DNA from: a virus
Length of the DNA: 64,000 nucleotides
IMG/VR virus record: IMGVR_UViG_3300022752_000030
Location: 32,001 to 96,000 of that record
Strand: one strand, 5' to 3'
In this document: piece after piece, positions 57,804-64,000 of the stretch
Layout: the number at the start of each line of letters is the position of its first letter
Position numbering within the stretch: the stretch's first letter is position 1
The notes under the pieces: generated by a model
The model's database searches: none
What the model was told of the DNA's origin: nothing
Seen by the model: only the letters and a program-made list of their open reading frames with translations
Program-made: the position numbers and the translations under genes

Positions 57804-60119
57804 TTATTTATTTTTCTTTAATTCGTCTATTTGTTTTTTAAGCTCTTTAATCGATTCGATTACCAAAGGCAAAAGTCTTTCATATTGAACTGTCATATAT
57901 TTTTCATCTACCGGTGCCGGAACAACAATTTCCGGCATAACTTTTTTAACTTCCTGTGCGGAAACACCAACAGATCGTTTAATTGGATAACCTAAATCTT
58001 GTGCAACTTTGTTTGGTTCATAGTAAAAACCAGTGAGTGACAATAATTTATCCAAAGCATTATCAATAGCACCTAATCTGTTTTTTAATCTATCGTCCGA
58101 GTATCCTGATGAAATGCTATCTGTGGCGCGAATTTCTCCGGGATTACCTGAAGCAGGAGTATTCACACCTATCGAATTAAAACGAACATCACTTGAAGTT
58201 GCAACAGCTTGACCAATAGATAGTGTAAATGATGATCCTGTTCCACCACCGGAAATTCCTGTTCCGTTATTAATTGTGACGGAAGAAATTTTAGAGTTTG
58301 CAGTAGAAAACGCAGAGTTGGCATAAGAACCAGCTGTTACTGCTTTGGAGTCTGCTGTAGCAGCATTAGTTGTAGCAGTATTTGCTTGAGCGTATGCTGA
58401 GTTTGCTTGAGTAAATGCTGGAGCAATCTGTGGTGCCACATTATTAGCAGCAGCAAATGCTGAGTTGGCTTTTGTAAATGCAGAGTTAGCGTAAGAACCA
58501 GCACTATTAGCTGATGTAAATGCAGAGTTAGCGTAAGAACTAGCTGCTGCAGCATTAGTAGTAGCGGTATTTGCTTGAGTGTAAGCAGAGTTAGCATAAG
58601 AACCAGCTGTTACTGCTTTGGAGTCTGCTGTAGCAGCATTGGTTGTTGCTGTATTAGCTTGAGCGTATGCTGAGTTTGCTTGAGTAAATGCTGGAGCAAT
58701 CTGTGGTGCCACGTTATTAGCAGCAGCAAATGCAGAGTTAGCATAAGAACTAGCTGCTGCAGCATTAGTTGTAGCAGTATTTGCTTGTGTGTATGCTGAG
58801 TTTGCATATGTTCCTGTTGTATTTTGACTAGAATATGCAGAATTAGCCCTTAAGAAGGCAGAATTAGCATAAGAACCGGCTGATGCGACAGCTGCTTGTA
58901 AAAACGTATTTGCAGCAGTAATTACATTATTTAAATTATTTGCAACATTTGCTGTAGCTACATCTGTTGTGCTTGTCGATAATAGTGTATCATTTAAATA
59001 TTCATTTGTTATTATTCTATAATAGTTGTTTGACGTTACATTGATAATATCAAAATATTTTGATGGTTCATTCCAACGAATTATGGCATTCGCTCCAGAA
59101 GAACCTCTATTTACACCAATATAACTTAACTGTGCTGTTCCAGAACCCGCATTTATTGTAAATACATTTGAGTTGTATACAGTAGTTCCGTTAATAACAA
59201 AGTTACCACCTACACTTAATTGCCCTGTTGTTTGTAATGTATTAAAAAAAGCAGCTGCTGAAGTTCCATTTAAAGAACTTGTGACATTAATTACCGGCGT
59301 TGTGAAAGTTACGTTTGCGGTAATGGAATTAGCTAATATTGAAGTTCTAGCATTGATTGAATTATTGGCTAATACATTATTTGCAATCAAATTATTTGTT
59401 ACGGAAATTGTTGCTGTATTTACTGATACATTGGATTGTAATGTATTTACAAATGAATCACCCGTAACACTTAAAGTTGATGTATTTACTGATACATTGG
59501 ATTGTAACACATTAACGAAACTATTACCTGTAACACTTAAAGTTGATGTATTTACTCTGGTATTTGCTTGTAATATATCAACAAAACTATTACCTGTAAC
59601 ACTTAAAGTTGCGGTGTTTACACTTGTATTTCCTTGTAGAATATTTGTGTATGTTGTTCCTACAATACTTGCATTTGAAGTATTTACTGTACTATTTGCT
59701 TGTAAATTTGTTGTTATTGTGTCGTTAACAATTGTGGTATTTCCACCAACAAACGCATTATTTGCAACATTTAAACCAATGTCTGATCCTAATGCATAAA
59801 GTAAACCACCAACATTGGCTTGACCTGAAGTAACTAAACTGAGAGTTGAATTTGTTAAATAAACTTGTCCACCTACAGTAAGATTATTTTGTATTGTAGC
59901 GGAAGAACCTAAGCCTTGAACTAAAAGTTGTTTTTGTATAACAATATTTCCATTCGCCTGTAATGAATTTTGTGTTGTTTCATTTAAATATAAAGTTCCT
60001 GAATTCTTTACGTAGTCTGCGGCCGCAAGTGAATTATTCTCGACAATTAGAGCATCGGTCGCAACTAACCAATCACCAAAAGTGTTTGCATAACTTAATG
60101 TTGTAATTGTATTAGCCAT
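57804..60119 (-). CDS. tail fibre with S74 chaperone
   Basis: NTF..W N-terminus, 20-aa beta repeats, ANSA repeats, YS|DDRLK. Confidence 0.85.
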   Translation of the reverse strand: MANTITTLSYANTFGDWLVATDALIVENNSLAAADYVKNSGTLYLNETTQNSLQANGNIVIQKQLLVQGLGSSATIQNNLTVGGQVYLTNSTLSLVTSGQANVGGLLYALGSDIGLNVANNAFVGGNTTIVNDTITTNLQANSTVNTSNASIVGTTYTNILQGNTSVNTATLSVTGNSFVDILQANTRVNTSTLSVTGNSFVNVLQSNVSVNTSTLSVTGDSFVNTLQSNVSVNTATISVTNNLIANNVLANNSINARTSILANSITANVTFTTPVINVTSSLNGTSAAAFFNTLQTTGQLSVGGNFVINGTTVYNSNVFTINAGSGTAQLSYIGVNRGSSGANAIIRWNEPSKYFDIINVTSNNYYRIITNEYLNDTLLSTSTTDVATANVANNLNNVITAANTFLQAAVASAGSYANSAFLRANSAYSSQNTTGTYANSAYTQANTATTNAAAASSYANSAFAAANNVAPQIAPAFTQANSAYAQANTATTNAATADSKAVTAGSYANSAYTQANTATTNAAAASSYANSAFTSANSAGSYANSAFTKANSAFAAANNVAPQIAPAFTQANSAYAQANTATTNAATADSKAVTAGSYANSAFSTANSKISSVTINNGTGISGGGTGSSFTLSIGQAVATSSDVRFNSIGVNTPASGNPGEIRATDSISSGYSDDRLKNRLGAIDNALDKLLSLTGFYYEPNKVAQDLGYPIKRSVGVSAQEVKKVMPEIVVPAPVDEKYMTVQYERLLPLVIESIKELKKQIDELKKNK

Positions 60120-60339
60120 TATTTTTATCCAATAGTTTTAACATCAACTGTTTTATTTCCAACATATCGTTTTTGATGTTATCGATTTCTGACATTACTT
60201 TATTTATTTCTCTTTTTTGGCTCTCTATCATACGGCGTTTCATATTATATTCTTCTAAGCCAGAAGTATCTTTACTGACTAAAGCCATGGTGTTTGTATC
60301 ACGATATAATTCTGTTCCTGGTATTTGTACGAGTGCCAT
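60112..60339 (-). CDS. conserved small coiled-coil protein
   Basis: LYRD..T.AL...EI..IK.D..EIK.L. Confidence 0.7.
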   Translation of the reverse strand: MALVQIPGTELYRDTNTMALVSKDTSGLEEYNMKRRMIESQKREINKVMSEIDNIKNDMLEIKQLMLKLLDKNNG

Positions 60340-60341
60340 GA

Positions 60342-63300
60342 TTATACTGATGCATTTACATTAGATGGTAGTGCTAAAGCACGTAAATCTGTCAGGAAAG
60401 GAACATAAGTGTGATCTGAAGATGTCAAAACAACTTTAATTGCAAATTGACCAAAAGTTGTATAAGTCTGGCCAGTTGTGCTTGTATAAGAAACATAACC
60501 TTGCGACACACCAGATGTGCCTGGAGCAAAAGAATATTCATACAAATCATTTCTTGTCTGTGAATAAACAGGATCAGAACTATTAATTTTAGTCATCAAT
60601 TGCCAAGAACCATCTTCAAATTTTTGCGTATCATTTCTGTTCAATATCTTGTAATAAACATTAATGTCAGTATTCACAGGACGATAAGCAGTTAAGTAAA
60701 CATTTAAATCACCAGAATCAAAACCTGGTTGTAAAATAACCTTCTTCGTTACATATTTAGCGAGCACATTTCCACCATTAGGTGAAGTTTCTCCTATAAC
60801 AACAACAGTTGCACCTGTTCCTGGAGTTGTATTTGAATCTGCAATTGTAATTGTTGGTGTTGTAATATAACCAGAACCGTTACTTGTAAAATAAACAGAC
60901 TGTATTATACCACCAGATATATTTGCCGCAGCGTATGCTTGTGAACCACCAACTCCTGTTGGAGATGAAACTGATACTGTGGTTGTATTAACATTATAAC
61001 CACTTCCACCACTACTTAAAGTGATCATACTGTTAGAACATTCTGCATTGTTTATATTCCAAGTAATTGCATAAACTGAAAGTCCTGCATCCGAAATTAC
61101 TGGACTAACCGCATCATCGGAAGATATTAATTGAGAATATAAAGAAAAAGATGTATTTGAGTTGGCTAAAAGTATACGTTCACCCTTACCGTCACTCAAG
61201 TAAATATCATCTTGTGTTGGAGTACCAAATTTTCCTGGATTAACATTTATTAATCCTGCAGCTGTACCATTAACTAATGTTGCATTGTATGAATAATTTG
61301 CAGAAGTCGTTGTTGGAATAAAATCTGTAGTGGTTATATTAAATGCATCAACAAGAACATCAGTTGTAGATATACTATCAATTGTACTTGACACATTATT
61401 TGCGTTCAGATAGTAATCAATACTTTGATCGATCAATGTTCTTTGTGGTAATTTATTTGGTACTACATATTGAATTGTCGGAGTTAATGCGGTATTGAAC
61501 ACACATCGATCTACAACAAACATTAAACTTTGATTTTGATCAGCATTCCATGTTATTGCGTTTTGTGAAATGAATAAACCACCAACATATGGAGCTGAAG
61601 CAATCTTTGTTATAGTTGATGGTGTAGGATCTGTTGGTAAATTTTTTGTTGAAGAAACAAGAGCAGTATCACCATTCAAAGCCGTCCATAATGTATATTC
61701 TTTCGAATTTGATTTCAACATGAAAGCATATAATACATTAGATTGTATATAAACAGGAACATCAAACGTAAAGGTTGTTGATGTAGTTGAATCCAAATAT
61801 TGGGGTGATGATGATGTCTTTATTTGATTTGGTGTCAAAGTAACAATTGAATAATCCAATGTTTGGCCGTTTGGATAACCATTTTGTGTGCCAATAATAG
61901 ACAACGTGATTGGTGAATTGTCTGATACTGGTTTTGAAGCAAAGAAAAACTTAACCGACTTTATAAACATTCCATTAGGATAATTATCTTTGTCGATAAT
62001 AAATGATTGTGCAACGGGATCGCCCCCTGCTGGCGGTGGCGGTGTCGTATCTACTGTTCTTGTACTAATTAACGTATTATTTGCGTAGTTTGTTCTTACA
62101 AAAGTATTTTTTGCGCCGGCAGGAGATGCTCCAAAATCTAATTTTTGTGATGTTGTCTGTAAACCTTCTGCATAATAAGTTCCTTGAACAAACGTTGTTG
62201 CTGTTCCTTTATTATTGTTTATTGAGTTATCTACACGGAAAGTTCTTTGACCATTATGGAAAGTATTTGCTGGAATATTAAATATTCCATAAAAAGAACC
62301 TTCTTCGTCTGTCGTAAATGTTCCTATAGAATAAATGTCACTATTTGCAGTATTTAATGAAGTTGATAGTGTTGCAACTTTAGTTACACCATTATAAGAA
62401 GAAATATTAGCGGATAAACCAATACCTGTACCCGAATTAATAAAGATTGTATTTCCGTTATAATAGTTATTTGCAGAAGATGCTAATGGTGATAACTTTA
62501 TCTGTGTACTTGACACTACATTTTTGATTTGTCCCGCAAAGTGACTTGTGTTCAAAATAGTACCTGATGCTGTTGTTGAGCTGTATAAACCATTAGTATC
62601 AAAGTAACCATTTTGTAATTGGTTTCCACCACCTGCATAACTGGAAGGTGTGCCGTCAGCAGCAACATAAAGTCTTACTTTTGTTGTGTCTGGATACGTA
62701 TAAATTCCAATAATTCGTCCAGTTGGATAAAAAGTACCACTTGAGTAATATCCGATAATATCATCTTCTTTAAAAGTACCAGAAACACTTGAAAGTTCGA
62801 TAATATTTGATTTTCTAAAATACGGATTGACATTCAAATCATCAAAGAAAGTATTGACCGGAGTCAATAACAACATACCTTTTGCTCTAATAACAGTTTG
62901 TTGTGGTCGAATAAAAGGTAAAACACTTATATCTGTGATATAATTATTATCAAATGCATATGTGTTATTAATTTTTTCGTAAGCACCAACTAAATTTTCC
63001 TGTGAACGATTTGCATATGTATTTGTTGTTTGTAAAAAACCTTGATTGGTTACAGTTTGATATGTTGTTCCCGGAATAGTTTTCCAATCACCAACAGTAA
63101 GTGTATTAATTGTGCTTGTTTGACGATAAACTGTTAAATTAGGATCAACTATCAATAAGGCTGGATTGTATTTTGTGTCCACCCAGTTATCTACGTTAGG
63201 TGATAAAGATATAACACCTTCTCTCAATGAAACGGCAAAAGGATTAACATTAACCGTTCTAGATGCAAATTTTTGAGAAATTGCATTTGCTGTTGAATAT

Positions 63301-64000
63301 GGTAAACTCAAATAGTTGATGTAACCGTCAGAATCAATTGCATATCCTAATGATGATGAGGAAGTAGATGATAATTTGTTTGCACTATAGGCTACAGCCA
63401 AAGGTTTTAAAGGATAATTTTGAATTGACTGTGAAGCTGTCATTATCCTTTCTCTACGGTTAATAGTTGCAAAATAATCGGTACTGAATGTGTCAGCAGC
63501 AGCATAACTTGAAAAATCATCAACCAGAATACCATTTTTAAATCTATTCAGACCATACGCATCAGAAATTTGTAAGTTTTTAGTTTTTTGTTCTAATAGA
63601 TTTAGTGATGTGTAATACTGCAAGTTGTTAATGCGTTCTTCTAATCCTGCAATGTCTTTCATTGTATATCGTTTGTGTCGAACCTTTTCAATAGAAAGAT
63701 CAGGAGTCGTACCTGTGGGTGCCTCAGTTGGAATATACGCAGTATAAGGATTGTGGTTTAATTTTGCAACAACCAATGATCCGTCTGGTTCTGATGGTAA
63801 TAAAGGTGTCAAAGAGGGTGAACCTTCTATAATCTGAAAGCTTCTATCTTTGGTTAACACTAATTTGTCTTTTCTACCCAAGTAATATGAATAGTCGGTG
63901 GTAAATGTTGATAGATCAGTAGGAATAAAAATACCCTGCCTGTTATCGCCTGTTGTATTGTATTTGTAAGTAAAAGATGTTGTTGCATTAACTCTTGCGG
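60342..64000 (-). CDS. large virion structural protein (VrlC/DUF4815-like; partial, frame open to right edge)
   Basis: RYTMKDI..LE.RI..L.YYTSL.LLE, RFKNG..VD.F, DPVAQSF. Confidence 0.8.
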   Translation of the reverse strand, partial: ARVNATTSFTYKYNTTGDNRQGIFIPTDLSTFTTDYSYYLGRKDKLVLTKDRSFQIIEGSPSLTPLLPSEPDGSLVVAKLNHNPYTAYIPTEAPTGTTPDLSIEKVRHKRYTMKDIAGLEERINNLQYYTSLNLLEQKTKNLQISDAYGLNRFKNGILVDDFSSYAAADTFSTDYFATINRRERIMTASQSIQNYPLKPLAVAYSANKLSSTSSSSLGYAIDSDGYINYLSLPYSTANAISQKFASRTVNVNPFAVSLREGVISLSPNVDNWVDTKYNPALLIVDPNLTVYRQTSTINTLTVGDWKTIPGTTYQTVTNQGFLQTTNTYANRSQENLVGAYEKINNTYAFDNNYITDISVLPFIRPQQTVIRAKGMLLLTPVNTFFDDLNVNPYFRKSNIIELSSVSGTFKEDDIIGYYSSGTFYPTGRIIGIYTYPDTTKVRLYVAADGTPSSYAGGGNQLQNGYFDTNGLYSSTTASGTILNTSHFAGQIKNVVSSTQIKLSPLASSANNYYNGNTIFINSGTGIGLSANISSYNGVTKVATLSTSLNTANSDIYSIGTFTTDEEGSFYGIFNIPANTFHNGQRTFRVDNSINNNKGTATTFVQGTYYAEGLQTTSQKLDFGASPAGAKNTFVRTNYANNTLISTRTVDTTPPPPAGGDPVAQSFIIDKDNYPNGMFIKSVKFFFASKPVSDNSPITLSIIGTQNGYPNGQTLDYSIVTLTPNQIKTSSSPQYLDSTTSTTFTFDVPVYIQSNVLYAFMLKSNSKEYTLWTALNGDTALVSSTKNLPTDPTPSTITKIASAPYVGGLFISQNAITWNADQNQSLMFVVDRCVFNTALTPTIQYVVPNKLPQRTLIDQSIDYYLNANNVSSTIDSISTTDVLVDAFNITTTDFIPTTTSANYSYNATLVNGTAAGLINVNPGKFGTPTQDDIYLSDGKGERILLANSNTSFSLYSQLISSDDAVSPVISDAGLSVYAITWNINNAECSNSMITLSSGGSGYNVNTTTVSVSSPTGVGGSQAYAAANISGGIIQSVYFTSNGSGYITTPTITIADSNTTPGTGATVVVIGETSPNGGNVLAKYVTKKVILQPGFDSGDLNVYLTAYRPVNTDINVYYKILNRNDTQKFEDGSWQLMTKINSSDPVYSQTRNDLYEYSFAPGTSGVSQGYVSYTSTTGQTYTTFGQFAIKVVLTSSDHTYVPFLTDLRALALPSNVNASV

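Noticed and set aside
59173-59799. 208-aa + strand ORF
   Set aside because: Antisense shadow of a repetitive tail fibre gene
48918-60119. Diversity-generating retroelement acting on the fibres
   Set aside because: No reverse transcriptase, and no template/variable repeat pair with adenine-specific differences seen in the window

Overview
A 64 kb segment of an AT-rich T4-like myophage genome, with almost every gene on the minus strand. In transcription order (right to left) it carries: a large virion protein and several tail fibres; three collagen-like fibres with auto-cleaving chaperone domains; a cluster of 2OG-Fe(II) oxygenase, glycosyltransferase and methyltransferase genes; the gp13-gp23 neck/tail/terminase/head module; then gp3, uvsY, uvsW, gp55, gp47/46, gp45/44/62, regA and hsp20. 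After these come accessory metabolic genes, 17 tRNAs interrupted by a subtilisin-type protease gene, a DNA polymerase gp43 split in two by an HNH gene, uvsX and gp41. A tRNA-Ala that I recognise as Burkholderiales-type suggests a betaproteobacterial host. The main points of interest are: (1) a putative phage collagen hydroxylation/glycosylation system; (2) the split gp43, whose halves carry charge-complementary helical extensions, with a hairpin/late-promoter-controlled HNH gene between them; (3) two DruA/DUF4338-like paralogs; (4) fossil homing-endonuclease fragments; (5) a +1 frameshift in gp47; (6) several candidate structured RNA elements. All family assignments come from motif recognition by eye; no database searches were run.
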